Below, piece after piece: positions 9,901 through 19,668 of a DNA stretch of 51,857 nt. The notes below the pieces were generated by a model, which searched no databases, was not told where the DNA came from, and saw nothing but the letters and a program-made list of their open reading frames with translations. The first letter of the stretch is position 1. Every line of letters begins with the position of its first letter. The position numbers and the translations under genes are program-made. The stretch comes from a virus. Taxonomy: Duplodnaviria; Caudoviricetes. The stretch spans positions 1 to 51,857 of IMG/VR virus record IMGVR_UViG_3300042545_000475. One strand, given 5' to 3'.

Positions 9901-10064
9901 ACCTGCCATGCTGCGGGAATTGCATTTACTGGTTTGATGGGATGTGCAAGAGGTTTCCACCATCGTTCACCGGCAAGGTAACTGAAAATGGCCCCATGGG
10001 TGTTTTCCCCCTGACTGTCAGGGCAGACATCTGTGGAGAGCATCCAAAATACCCCATCGGTTGA
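9819..10064 (+). CDS. Small Cys-motif phage protein (start uncertain)
   Basis: CGNC..W..G.CKRFPP...FPLT..DICGEH, a pattern familiar from small phage proteins. Confidence 0.55.
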   Translation: MAGKRRQHPAGHAGEVGGDTQTEFAGVDLPCCGNCIYWFDGMCKRFPPSFTGKVTENGPMGVFPLTVRADICGEHPKYPIG

Positions 10065-10223
10065 TGGAGTAGCGGCGTGTGCCGTAGTTTGTTGGTAGGG
10101 ATAGAGTTTGTTGTATTTGCAGGCAGCTAATGCCAGCCGTGCATGACAGCAGCGCCCGAAAGTCACTTGTTTTGTTTGTTTTGTGACAGATAGTTTTAAC
10201 CGGGCAAGGCCCAAGGTGATCAG

Positions 10224-11594
10224 ATGGCTAACAAGAACGACGATACCGTCAAGAGCTTGGCAGAATCCGTGAAGGCTCTTCAAGAGTCTGCCAAGGGTTT
10301 GACCGAGAAGATGGCTGACCTCAAGAAGCCTGAGTACACGGCTGAAAAGAATCCTCAGAACCTGTTCCACGCCACCACTGGCGAGGTCTGCAAGGATTCA
10401 CGGCCTTACTCTTTCTTGAACATCATCAAGGCCTGCAAAGAGAAAGACTGGAGCCATGCAAAACTGGAGCGCCAGATTCACCAAGACTTGGTGAAGGCTG
10501 GTTACCAGAATGATGGCGGCACCCTGATCCCCACCGACCCTGACTCCATCGAGCGGTTTAGCCCCTCGTTGAAGGGCATCAAGGCTCTGGTGAACTTGTC
10601 CGACAGTGCATCTCAGCCAGACGCTTACAATCAAGCTTACGGCCAAATGCGTGAGAAGAGCCTGTCGGCCTTCGGCTCCGATGTGCTTGGTGGTGCGTTG
10701 ATCAACCCCGTGTTGGCCAACAGCGTCATCGAACTTCTGCGTGCAAAGGTCGTGACCGTTGCGGCAGGTGCCACAGAAATCCAGTTGCCTCCCTCCGGGC
10801 AGTACAGCTGGGCACGCCAGACCCAAGACCCAACCTTCAACTGGATTGGGGAAAACAGCACCATCAGTGACACGGAACCAAACTTTGGCAACATCATCTT
10901 CACTGCGAAGAAAGCTGCCGCACTGGTTCTGATCAGCAACGATGCGCTGTTGTTCACCAACCCGGCTGTCGAAGTGGTCGTGCGTCAGGCTTTGGCCGAG
11001 CGTGGTGCCCGTTTCGAGGATCAGGCCTTCTTGGAAGGAACCGGCGGCTCTTACCAGCCTCTGGGTATCGTCAATCAGTCTGGCCTTACCAGCCACACAG
11101 CTGGAACGGTTGGGACCGATGGCAACACCATCACCCCCGAAGACATCGCCAACATGCTGGCGAAGGTCGAGGAGTCTAACGACCCCGAAGGCGCAACGGC
11201 TTGGATCATGCGTCCACTCATGTGGGCCGCAATCATGAACCGTCGCTCCGATTCGGTGACAGCTGGCGATGCCAAGGGTCCGTTCATGTTCTGGACGAGC
11301 CGTGGTGACGCAGCCGCAGGCCTGCCTCAGAGCTTGAACGGCGTGAAGGTTCTGACATCCACAACTGTCAGCAACACTCGCACCAAGGGTTCTGGAACTA
11401 ACCTGAGCTACATCCTGACCGGCAACTTCCGCAGGGCTGTCATCGCTCGTGCAGGAACCATGGAAATCTCTGCGCTGTCGAGCGGCGAGGAGTTCAAGAG
11501 GGATCAGACCGCAGTTCGTGCGATCATGCGTGCGGACTTCAATCTGACCCACACCAAGCCGTTCGTCCTGTGTGATCAACTGGTCGTCGGCTAA
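10224..11594 (+). CDS. Major capsid protein (HK97 fold)
   Basis: GGALI.P....VIELLR, WIGEN, ISND.L, EDQAFLEGTG...PLGI, F..DQTAVRAIMRADF. Confidence 0.95.
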   Translation: MANKNDDTVKSLAESVKALQESAKGLTEKMADLKKPEYTAEKNPQNLFHATTGEVCKDSRPYSFLNIIKACKEKDWSHAKLERQIHQDLVKAGYQNDGGTLIPTDPDSIERFSPSLKGIKALVNLSDSASQPDAYNQAYGQMREKSLSAFGSDVLGGALINPVLANSVIELLRAKVVTVAAGATEIQLPPSGQYSWARQTQDPTFNWIGENSTISDTEPNFGNIIFTAKKAAALVLISNDALLFTNPAVEVVVRQALAERGARFEDQAFLEGTGGSYQPLGIVNQSGLTSHTAGTVGTDGNTITPEDIANMLAKVEESNDPEGATAWIMRPLMWAAIMNRRSDSVTAGDAKGPFMFWTSRGDAAAGLPQSLNGVKVLTSTTVSNTRTKGSGTNLSYILTGNFRRAVIARAGTMEISALSSGEEFKRDQTAVRAIMRADFNLTHTKPFVLCDQLVVG

Positions 11595-11624
11595 TCTAAA
11601 CCCCAACAGCAAGGAGACAGAGTA

Positions 11625-12038
11625 ATGGCTAATTTTCTGACCGATCTTGTAAATGCCGTGACCGTGGCGCAATTGCTTACGCCAAGGGCTATCACCGGCT
11701 CCAGCGCAATCAATGGCACCGTCAGCGATTTTCTTGGAAGCGCAGTCCGCAGCCAAGAATTTGCAGTGGTTCAAGCCGGAACGCTGGTTGATGGGACCTA
11801 TGTCGTCAAGATTCAGGAAGGCCTGCTGGCTGATGGGTCCGACATGGGCGACATCTCCGGCGCTACCGTGAGCTTGGCCGCAACCGATGACAACACCAAC
11901 TCCATCATCCCTTTTTACCGCACCAAGCGGTATATCAGGGCTGTTGTGACACCAACCAGCGCAACCACTGGTGGACCAATCGCTGTTCTGGGTCTGGCCC
12001 AGAAGCACCGTCCGGGCGGCACCACTCTGGTCCCGTAG
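11625..12038 (+). CDS. Probable capsid decoration/minor capsid protein
   Basis: Follows MCP with a strong AAGGAG RBS; beta-rich; KIQE..D...D and KRYIRAV motifs. Confidence 0.6.
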   Translation: MANFLTDLVNAVTVAQLLTPRAITGSSAINGTVSDFLGSAVRSQEFAVVQAGTLVDGTYVVKIQEGLLADGSDMGDISGATVSLAATDDNTNSIIPFYRTKRYIRAVVTPTSATTGGPIAVLGLAQKHRPGGTTLVP

Positions 12039-12053
12039 TCTGGATGAATGAAT

Positions 12054-12096
12054 GACGGGAGGCCCTCCAGATCGCAACATCTGGAGGGCTTTCGTC
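12054..12096 (+). terminator. Long hairpin, likely terminator or processing stem after the capsid genes
   Basis: GACGGGAG-GCCCTCCAGAT/ATCTGGAGGGC-TTTCGTC inverted repeat; weak U-tract. Confidence 0.55.
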
Positions 12097-12218
12097 CTAG
12101 AAATATCGGGGCAGGGTGGGGATGTTTTCGCCATTTCCTGTCACACCTGATACCCCTGCCGAAGGCGAATGGCGACACGCAGGGGTTGCCCCGATTCTGA
12201 TTCGCAGCGGAGGCTTAC

Positions 12219-12908
12219 ATGTCGCTTTGCACCGTGTCTGACATCCGAGCATTCCTCAACATTCAATCCGACGACGCAAACCCAGTCCTAGACATTTGCA
12301 GGGAATCGGCAGAGCGTTCGATCAAAGATTATCTTGATTCCAATCTGGAAAGCGCCACCTACACGCATTACTTCGACGGAACGGCCCTGCGTGACATCGT
12401 ATTGCGCCAAAGGCCTGTCACATCAATCGTGTCTGTGTACATCGACCAAACAGGCTACTACGGTCAATCATCAGACCCATTCCCTGCCACCACATTGCTT
12501 GAAGCTGGTCGTGATTACGCTTTGGTTCTCGACGATTCAGGGACTACCGCAAACATCAGCCGCTCTGGATTGCTTCGTCGTATCGGGCCGGGTGATGCGA
12601 ACTTCTACAGCCCATTTAATTCCAACACGCTGTCAGCCGGAACACGGGGTGCCACATGGATGAGGGGGCTGGGGAATGTCAAAGTGACCTATGTGGCAGG
12701 GTGGCCAACTGTTCCTGCTGCAATCAGGCAGGCCTGCATCAGCTTGGCATCGTTGACCTACAACAACAGGGCCAAAGCGGGCCTTCAAGTGAGCAGCGAG
12801 AGTCTGGGGTCGTACAGTTACAGCCTGCTGGCAGGTGGTGCTGGTGGATCACCGGAACTGATGACAGCAAGGCAGCTTCTGGCGGCGTATCGTGAGGTGA
12901 GAATATGA
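12219..12908 (+). CDS. Head-tail adaptor/connector (gp6/gp15-like)
   Basis: Position; LRQRPVTSI, NVKVTYVAGW..VPAAI, SESLGSYSYS. Confidence 0.8.
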   Translation: MSLCTVSDIRAFLNIQSDDANPVLDICRESAERSIKDYLDSNLESATYTHYFDGTALRDIVLRQRPVTSIVSVYIDQTGYYGQSSDPFPATTLLEAGRDYALVLDDSGTTANISRSGLLRRIGPGDANFYSPFNSNTLSAGTRGATWMRGLGNVKVTYVAGWPTVPAAIRQACISLASLTYNNRAKAGLQVSSESLGSYSYSLLAGGAGGSPELMTARQLLAAYREVRI

Positions 12909-13354
12909 GCCTTGAAGGCCTGCTGGCTCAGGACACCATTACCGTCGAACGGCCAGTCATATCGTCTGATGAGGCTGGTGGCTTCAATCAAGAAGTGTGG
13001 TCGCCTGTTGCTGTTGGTGTTATGGCCCGTGTGGACATCGCCAGCGGCCAGCAAAAGTCGATGTTTGCCCAGTTACAGATTGAGGTGTCGCACACTGTGT
13101 TCACGCAGTATGGCGGCATTAAAAACGGTGACAGGATAACCAGCAGCGATGGTGAAATTTACAGGATTGTCGGCATTTCACGCCGCAAAGCGTTTGGTGG
13201 AATACCTGAGTACTACGAGCTTGCCACCGTTCAGATTTTAGACACAGGCCCTCCAGACATCCTGCCGTCCGTGAACTATGTGCAATACGGCTCAACTGCT
13301 GACACCTACCTGATGCATGGCGCTGGTGTCGATGACTTCCTTTTATGGGGGTGA
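12905..13354 (+). CDS. Head closure/stopper protein
   Basis: ITVERP...DEAGG...W and IKNGDRI...YRI motifs; position. Confidence 0.7.
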   Translation: MSLEGLLAQDTITVERPVISSDEAGGFNQEVWSPVAVGVMARVDIASGQQKSMFAQLQIEVSHTVFTQYGGIKNGDRITSSDGEIYRIVGISRRKAFGGIPEYYELATVQILDTGPPDILPSVNYVQYGSTADTYLMHGAGVDDFLLWG

Positions 13355-13357
13355 CGC

Positions 13358-13741
13358 ATGAGCATAGACAAAATTATCAAAGACATCGAATCGGCATTGA
13401 AGCGTGGCCTGACCAAGGGCTGCATTCACATGACCAATGAAACCAAGAAATTGATTAGCGTTCCTGCACCAAGGCGGCGTGCTGTCGCACGAGATGGGTC
13501 CATCTACTGGAGGGCTACCACACGGGCAACGCCCGGCGCTCCTCCACGAAAGTTGTCTGGCAACCTTCGCAGGTCTGTCACCTATGTGGTTGACGACAAG
13601 GAGTTTGTCGGAAGAATAGGCACAAATGTCAATTACGGGCGGTTTCTGGAATACAGGGACCACCCATGGCTCCGTGTGATATTGCAGCGTGAGTTGGCAC
13701 GAGCATCCCAGCTTGTCATCGAAGAATTGAGGAAAATCTGA
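13358..13741 (+). CDS. HK97 gp10-like neck/tail completion protein
   Basis: PP..SGNLRRS...IGTNVNYGRFLE..HPWL. Confidence 0.75.
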   Translation: MSIDKIIKDIESALKRGLTKGCIHMTNETKKLISVPAPRRRAVARDGSIYWRATTRATPGAPPRKLSGNLRRSVTYVVDDKEFVGRIGTNVNYGRFLEYRDHPWLRVILQRELARASQLVIEELRKI

Positions 13742-14154
13742 TGGCTATAAGTCTGACAGGTGCCATCAAAAACGGCCTCACTGCAAGCGCAGGTTTGACC
13801 GCCCTTGTCGGCAATAACATCTGGCTAAGTCAGGCACCCGAAAATACCGGGCTACCTCTTGTCGCTATTTACAATGGCAAAAGCAATGTTGACTGGTGCT
13901 TTGGCGGCAAAACGATCATAAATTCGGAAATATTGATCGAGTGTTACGCAGTCACGGCGCAAGCATCAGAAGCAATTAAAGAAGAAGTAACCCACGCACT
14001 TGATCAGTACACCACAACATTCGATGTGACTAACACGATTTTATGTTGCCTGCGTGAGGCTGAAGACATCTCTATTGAACAAGACAGGTCGCCTGAAGGA
14101 AATCCGGTTTTCAAGTCAACTACCAGATACACAGTCAAGGTGGAGACGAACTGA
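13741..14154 (+). CDS. Tail terminator (DUF3168-like)
   Basis: LTALVGNNIW..APE..LP pattern; position. Confidence 0.65.
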   Translation: MAISLTGAIKNGLTASAGLTALVGNNIWLSQAPENTGLPLVAIYNGKSNVDWCFGGKTIINSEILIECYAVTAQASEAIKEEVTHALDQYTTTFDVTNTILCCLREAEDISIEQDRSPEGNPVFKSTTRYTVKVETN

Positions 14155-14633
14155 TGGCATTGACAACATCACAGGCCACTGGGGCTATCCAGTGGATTTT
14201 TAGCAAGGCTAATACCGGGTTTGCGGCCACTAAGCAGGGCGCAGACCAGCTGATTGGCACAGTAACCTACGACTCGGCGACGATCAACAAAGGGTATGGG
14301 GTAACCCAGACCATTTCGGTGGGTTCCAGCCAGAACTTTGATCTTACCGCATTGACTGACTTTGTCGGCGACAGCGTGAACATGACGAAGGCTGTAGCCT
14401 TTATGATCACTGCCACTGGTGGAGCCTGCAAGGTTAAGGCTGGCGCTACTAACGGCCTTTCAAGCTGGTTTGTGCAAGATTCAGGCTCGTTGTACATACC
14501 TGCCGGAGGCTTCACCTTGATCGGCTGGCCAGCAGCAGTTGGCGCAACTGTGTCTGGATCTGCCAAGGTAATAAACATCGCCCAATCCGGCGCATCTGCC
14601 GTAACGGTTACCGTCATGTTTATCGGTGGGTAA
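14154..14633 (+). CDS. Hypothetical virion protein
   Basis: Coupled ORF in the neck/tail module; Thr/Gly/Ala-rich. Confidence 0.6.
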   Translation: MALTTSQATGAIQWIFSKANTGFAATKQGADQLIGTVTYDSATINKGYGVTQTISVGSSQNFDLTALTDFVGDSVNMTKAVAFMITATGGACKVKAGATNGLSSWFVQDSGSLYIPAGGFTLIGWPAAVGATVSGSAKVINIAQSGASAVTVTVMFIGG

Positions 14634-14662
14634 TAATTAAACTATAGTCTGGAGGGCTTGAT

Positions 14663-15022
14663 ATGGCTTTTTACGCAGGCAAGGGTGGTGCGGTAACTGT
14701 CAACACAGTGGCTCAACCATTGACCGATTGGTCGATGGATGTGAAAACCGACAGTCTGGATGTGACCAATTTCACTTCCGGTGGCTGGCAAGAATTGTAC
14801 AGCGGTATTTTCAGTGCGGACATTTCATGCTCAGGTCCGTATGACGGGTCTTCTTCCGTTGTTCAAGGTGTCATTGCGACATTCATTCTTCAGGTAGCAA
14901 CGGGATTAACCGTTACGCTGACAGCCTTGGTTACCAGTGTGAAAGTTGATCAGAGTGTCAAAGATGTTGCCAAAGTAAGCTACACAGCAACGACCAGCGG
15001 CGTGCATACCATCACCGTTTGA
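14663..15022 (+). CDS. Tail tube (major tail) protein, paralogue 1
   Basis: WSMDVKTDSLDVTNFTSGGWQE..G motif of siphovirus tube proteins; GGAGG RBS. Confidence 0.75.
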   Translation: MAFYAGKGGAVTVNTVAQPLTDWSMDVKTDSLDVTNFTSGGWQELYSGIFSADISCSGPYDGSSSVVQGVIATFILQVATGLTVTLTALVTSVKVDQSVKDVAKVSYTATTSGVHTITV

Positions 15023-15037
15023 TTAGGAGACTGAGAC

Positions 15038-15406
15038 ATGGCATTTTTCGCAGGAAAGTCTGGAACCATCACAATCGGCGGCACTGCAAGGCCTTTGACT
15101 GACTGGTCAATCGATGTCAAAACCGACAGCCTTGATGTGACCAACTTCACCTCTGGCGGCTGGCAAGAACTGCTGGGCGGCATTTACAGCATCGACATCA
15201 GCGCATCTGGGCCATATAACGGCACCTCTGGCGTGACGCAGGGGACCGCAGTGGCTCTGGTGCTTGATGTGGACGGTGCTGGTGCAGGGCCAAGCTTTAG
15301 CGGCAACGCTTTGGTTACCAGCGTTAAGATCGACCAAAGCGTGAAAGATGTGGCGAAAATAAGTTACAGCGCCTCATCTTCCGGCTCTTGGACAGCAACA
15401 CCCTGA
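15038..15406 (+). CDS. Tail tube (major tail) protein, paralogue 2
   Basis: Near-identical core to 14663..15022; AGGAG RBS. Confidence 0.75.
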   Translation: MAFFAGKSGTITIGGTARPLTDWSIDVKTDSLDVTNFTSGGWQELLGGIYSIDISASGPYNGTSGVTQGTAVALVLDVDGAGAGPSFSGNALVTSVKIDQSVKDVAKISYSASSSGSWTATP

Positions 15407-15424
15407 TGAAAGGACGATTGAATA

Positions 15425-15919
15425 ATGGCCAGCACATCCGAAGCACTTGGTGCCGTTGGAGCGCAGCATGAGATCACGATTGACGGCGAATTGATCAAGT
15501 TCAACCTGATCACGCAGCGTGTCAAATCTGAACTGGAACGCTGGATGTACCAGCGGGCAATGAAAGGCATCACCGATTCAAAGGCCCTGCTTGATCAGGC
15601 ACCCGGAGCATTCGGTGACGCACTGGCAGCTATCACCAATAGTCTAGCCGCAGGCAAGTACGCTTGGGGCGGGCCAATGATGGTGGAATCGCTTGGAACC
15701 ATTGCTGGCATCTGCAAGATAATGTCCCTGCTGTCGTTGAGCATGGACACCCACAAGCAGGTGCCTACGGACAAACTGGAAGGCTGGTTTCTTGGCGATC
15801 ATTCGGCTGAAATTAGCCACTTGTTCACAGTGATATTCAGCGAGTCGATGCCCAAAAAAAAAGTAGAGATTCAGGAGACATCGGAGGATCAGGAGAACAA
15901 GCCGAACAGCGGCCGCTAA
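15425..15919 (+). CDS. Tail assembly chaperone (lambda gpG-like)
   Basis: Lies between tube and tape measure; slippery CCCAAAAAAAAAG near the 3' end. Confidence 0.75.
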   Translation: MASTSEALGAVGAQHEITIDGELIKFNLITQRVKSELERWMYQRAMKGITDSKALLDQAPGAFGDALAAITNSLAAGKYAWGGPMMVESLGTIAGICKIMSLLSLSMDTHKQVPTDKLEGWFLGDHSAEISHLFTVIFSESMPKKKVEIQETSEDQENKPNSGR

Positions 15920-16233
15920 ACGCCTACACGCTGTACGCACCGTTGGTTGATAAGCCGTGGCTTCTTTCCATGGAAGACATAGCCAACCTGACTGACCGGC
16001 AAATAATTGACATCTATTACCGGGAACGAGACAAGGATGGCATTCCAAAGGATTATGAAGATACTTACGGCAAGCCAGCCAACGGCCTAGCGCAGGAAGA
16101 GGAAGAAGAGACAGTCAGGATCAAGTATTTTGCCATGGGTCACGGCTTGAGGATACCAGAGGAGAAAATAGAAGAGGGCTGGCAGCTGTATTTGGAAAAG
16201 AAACGCAAGCAGGAGAGTGCCAGTCATGGCTGA
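15851..16233 (+). CDS. -1 frameshift extension of the tail chaperone (gpGT-like)
   Basis: The -1 frame is open from the A-run (15851-15863) through the 15943..16233 ORF. Confidence 0.75.
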
Positions 16234-18583
16234 CAACAAGATCGACGAAGCATACATTGAGTTGCGTGTTGACGGCCTTGATGTTGTCAAGAACGCACTG
16301 GAGCAGGCAAGAATAGCATCTGAAAAGCTTAATTCTTCTTTTTCGGAAACTCAAGAAGTCATTGACGGCATGACTTCTAAAAATTTGAATTTCCCAAAAA
16401 CACCTCAAATTCCAGAACCAAAACCTTTACCACCAGTCCCACCAGTACCTCCAAATAATCCTCCAAACGAAGAGTCTCTGAGGAAGCTTGATCTTATAAA
16501 GCAAAAACTAAAAGAGATGCCCGTTTACGGGGAGCAGCTAGACTCAATAATTGATGGCACTGGAAGGCGTATTTCAGCGCTTGATTTGTCGAACATTGAT
16601 GCATTGCGGGAAGGTCTTATAAATGCTTCTTTAGGTGGGAAAGAGTTACTGAAGTCTTATAATTACGATGAGACAAACGACAACGCTTTACGATTCCTTG
16701 GAATACTCAGAAGAATTGACAGCCTAGCAAGGAATGCAGCTTCAAAGTCTAGTAAATCACAATTTGATCCATTCGAAGGTCAGCAAGAATTTGGTTTTCC
16801 ACGACCTCCGCAGCCTCCCGGCCCACCAAGCGCTGGTGATCGTGCTGCTGAATTTGTTGAGAATCTAAACAGGAGAAACGAAGAGCGGATCGAAATGATC
16901 CGTGAGCTTACAGCCTTATACGACGATATGGCGAGGAAAGAATCGGCTGTAGCGAATGCCACCAAGGACAGGATTGACGCTCTACAGCAAGAGCATCGGG
17001 CTTACAACGAGGGCAGGTACGGCGAATCTCAGCAGATGATTGCTGGTCTTATCGATGCAGAAAAGAAGCGCATCGAAAAGATCAGCGAATTGAAAATGCT
17101 ACAAGAAGGCCTTGTCGTCACAGACACAAGGGCCGCTGCGGCAGTCAAGAAAAAGATTGAGGCTCTTGAAAAAGAGCAGAAGGCCTACGAGTCTGGTGGC
17201 CGTGGGATGCTTGGCAACATCATGGCCAACATCCAAGACAAGACCGCCAACTTCCGTGAGAAGGTTGGAACACTGCGTGGTGCGGTTGCAGGGCCGACGG
17301 GCGAAGGTATTCGTGGCGCTATGGGTGGTGGCCTGTCTGGCATCACTCAGCTTCTTACACGCACCATGGGTCCTGCATTGGCCACTGCTAGTGCTGGTCT
17401 TGCGGCAGTTGCATCAGTAGTAGCGCCAGTGGCCGCAGGAATGGCTGCGCTAAAAGGCGTGTTGATAGCAGCACCGGCTGCGTTCGTCGGTGCTGCATAT
17501 GCCATCAGCAAGTTCACTGACTCAGTAAACCCCGGCCTGACGATACAACTCAACATGGTTATGCGTGACCTGACAGCAATCATTGGGACAGCATTAAACC
17601 CTGTGTTGCAGGCCATGGTTCCGGCCATTCGTGATTTTGCCAACAGGCTTTTGCCAGTCACCCGTGATATGGCACAGTACTTTAGCGGCCTGATGGGTTA
17701 CATGGGTCCAGTGATGACTGCCTTCAATTCGATGTATCAGCAGATTGTTGGCACATTGTCGCCAGTATTCAAGCTTCTTACCGACATTTTTGGTGTACTG
17801 GCACAAGTTGTTGGTGCGCTAATGGAAGTGATTGCGGGCATCCTTATCCCATTCAAAGTAGTATTTGAAGCAATTTACGAAGTCTTGCGGCCTTTGATTG
17901 AGGCTTTTCGTGTTATTGGCGATTTGCTTGTCAATGCTGGCAAAGGATTCCGCCTCATAATGGCAGGATTGGAAGGCTTTATTAAAGGTATTGCCAGCTT
18001 TCTTGGATTCGGTGACATAATTAACGCATCTGTGGATGGCTGGAAATCAATTGGTTCAGCCCTCAAATCATTCCAAAACTGGCTTATTCTCGCCGCAGCA
18101 TCTGTTGCTAAGTTTTTTGGTATGACATCATTTGTCACCGGCATGATCAATAGCTTGAAGCCGCCAGACTCTACCGGAATATCAGCTGCACAGAACCCAC
18201 AGTACCAGTCCATTGAAAGCCTTGGCAAAAACATGTCATTGCAAGCCGCAATCGCAACGGCTGGTGCTGGTGGAGAGTCAGAGCAGCAAAAGCAAGACAG
18301 GCAGATGCTGGAACAATTGGTGGCAATTCAAGCAAACGGTCCAACCCTTGTGGATGCAATCAACGGCTTGCCAACCAGAATTGCAGACGCAATTGCCAAT
18401 GGGGCAAAAAGGACGGCAGACGCTGCAAAAAGTGCTATTACGCAAGGTGTCGGTGATGCTACAGGTTTCAACCTTGGCTACGAAGGCGCACGCCTTGCAA
18501 GCGAATCGGCTCGTGGTAGTTTCTTGGATACCCAGCTTGCCGCAATGAACAAAAGAAATGCCGCACGGTTCGTGCAAGGATAA
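16226..18583 (+). CDS. Tape measure protein
   Basis: Long helical Ala/Gly/Leu-rich ORF after the chaperone; MADNKIDEAYIEL start; amphipathic repeats. Confidence 0.85.
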   Translation: MADNKIDEAYIELRVDGLDVVKNALEQARIASEKLNSSFSETQEVIDGMTSKNLNFPKTPQIPEPKPLPPVPPVPPNNPPNEESLRKLDLIKQKLKEMPVYGEQLDSIIDGTGRRISALDLSNIDALREGLINASLGGKELLKSYNYDETNDNALRFLGILRRIDSLARNAASKSSKSQFDPFEGQQEFGFPRPPQPPGPPSAGDRAAEFVENLNRRNEERIEMIRELTALYDDMARKESAVANATKDRIDALQQEHRAYNEGRYGESQQMIAGLIDAEKKRIEKISELKMLQEGLVVTDTRAAAAVKKKIEALEKEQKAYESGGRGMLGNIMANIQDKTANFREKVGTLRGAVAGPTGEGIRGAMGGGLSGITQLLTRTMGPALATASAGLAAVASVVAPVAAGMAALKGVLIAAPAAFVGAAYAISKFTDSVNPGLTIQLNMVMRDLTAIIGTALNPVLQAMVPAIRDFANRLLPVTRDMAQYFSGLMGYMGPVMTAFNSMYQQIVGTLSPVFKLLTDIFGVLAQVVGALMEVIAGILIPFKVVFEAIYEVLRPLIEAFRVIGDLLVNAGKGFRLIMAGLEGFIKGIASFLGFGDIINASVDGWKSIGSALKSFQNWLILAAASVAKFFGMTSFVTGMINSLKPPDSTGISAAQNPQYQSIESLGKNMSLQAAIATAGAGGESEQQKQDRQMLEQLVAIQANGPTLVDAINGLPTRIADAIANGAKRTADAAKSAITQGVGDATGFNLGYEGARLASESARGSFLDTQLAAMNKRNAARFVQG

Positions 18584-18593
18584 GGGGTGACGC

Positions 18594-19661
18594 ATGGGCT
18601 TGTTATTTGATCAAGCGTGGAAAGAGTCGATCAGGACGACGACTCAGGCTCAGTTTTCTATAGAGCAAAGCAAGGCTACCCTGTCCGGCTTTGTGGACCC
18701 AGCATACATCAACAACGAAGATGCGATGCGTGAGGTGATTGGTTCAGCAGAACGGGCCGGTGACGGGAAGATCAAGCGTGGATTGCCTCTGGCCCATCCA
18801 GAATACCCGTGGCTGTTTGCGTCCAGCGTGAGTCTGCAAGGTCTGTCATTTTACGACAAGCATCCAGCACCCACTAATTTTGAAGCGCCACCCATCAAGG
18901 AATACGCACGGTACAACTCGTACCAGTACACCATCGAATTCAACAGCAGGCCGTACTTGCTGTTCCAAGACAAGAACATCAACACTGGAACCATCACTTA
19001 CTACAAGCCTGATGGCACTGCGGTAAACAATAAGAAAATCGCCTACGAGTGGTGGAGATACACAGATTACGAAGAACTTCCAAGCGCCGAATATTTAACA
19101 GCACAGCAAGGACAATTTGTCTTCAATCGAAGTGATGCAGTTGCGCCGCCACACGACACAACAGTTCCCGGTCAAATTCGGCTATTACAGCAAAAAAGCA
19201 CCATAAAGTTTCGCTGGTATCAGGTTCCATATAGTTATATATCCAGCAGTTTGAGCTACATCAAAGCCGGTCAAGGAAGCATTAACCAGTTTGATTGGTA
19301 CGGGTGGCCGAAAGGCACACTGCTTTACAATTCATTCACTTACAAGCGATACACCCCGCCTAACCCGCAGCAATACGACTACAACTTTGGTGACTCGACC
19401 AAGAAAGTAATCGGCAATGAAAAGCTGGTAGACATTGAGTTTGTGTTCCTTTATTTCAACCCCGGAACACTGACAGGCGGCGAGGCTCCCACAGCGCCAA
19501 CGAATGCCAGCCATATCACCAATGGTCACAATTTGCTTCCTTGGCTTGCGGCTGGTGGTGGTAAGTATTTTTACGCCAAGAGTGTGGGCAGTGTGACACC
19601 CGGAATTCCGTTGTATCCGTCGTACCCATTTGAGTTGCTTTTTACAGACCCTGACATTTGA
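18594..19661 (+). CDS. Tail tip/distal tail protein (putative)
   Basis: Position after TMP; aromatic, beta-rich; LPLAHPEYPWL. Confidence 0.6.
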   Translation: MGLLFDQAWKESIRTTTQAQFSIEQSKATLSGFVDPAYINNEDAMREVIGSAERAGDGKIKRGLPLAHPEYPWLFASSVSLQGLSFYDKHPAPTNFEAPPIKEYARYNSYQYTIEFNSRPYLLFQDKNINTGTITYYKPDGTAVNNKKIAYEWWRYTDYEELPSAEYLTAQQGQFVFNRSDAVAPPHDTTVPGQIRLLQQKSTIKFRWYQVPYSYISSSLSYIKAGQGSINQFDWYGWPKGTLLYNSFTYKRYTPPNPQQYDYNFGDSTKKVIGNEKLVDIEFVFLYFNPGTLTGGEAPTAPTNASHITNGHNLLPWLAAGGGKYFYAKSVGSVTPGIPLYPSYPFELLFTDPDI

Positions 19662-19668
19662 GGTCGGC

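Noticed and set aside
10398-12134. Long minus-strand ORFs (also 5655..7019 and 29912..31018)
   Set aside because: Antisense shadows of well-supported + strand genes with no recognisable motifs
12120-12190. HDV-like/theta ribozyme (GGCGAATGG resembles the HDV J4/2-P2 end)
   Set aside because: I could not place P1, P3 and the P1.1 GG in the required order on either strand; kept only as a generic pseudoknot
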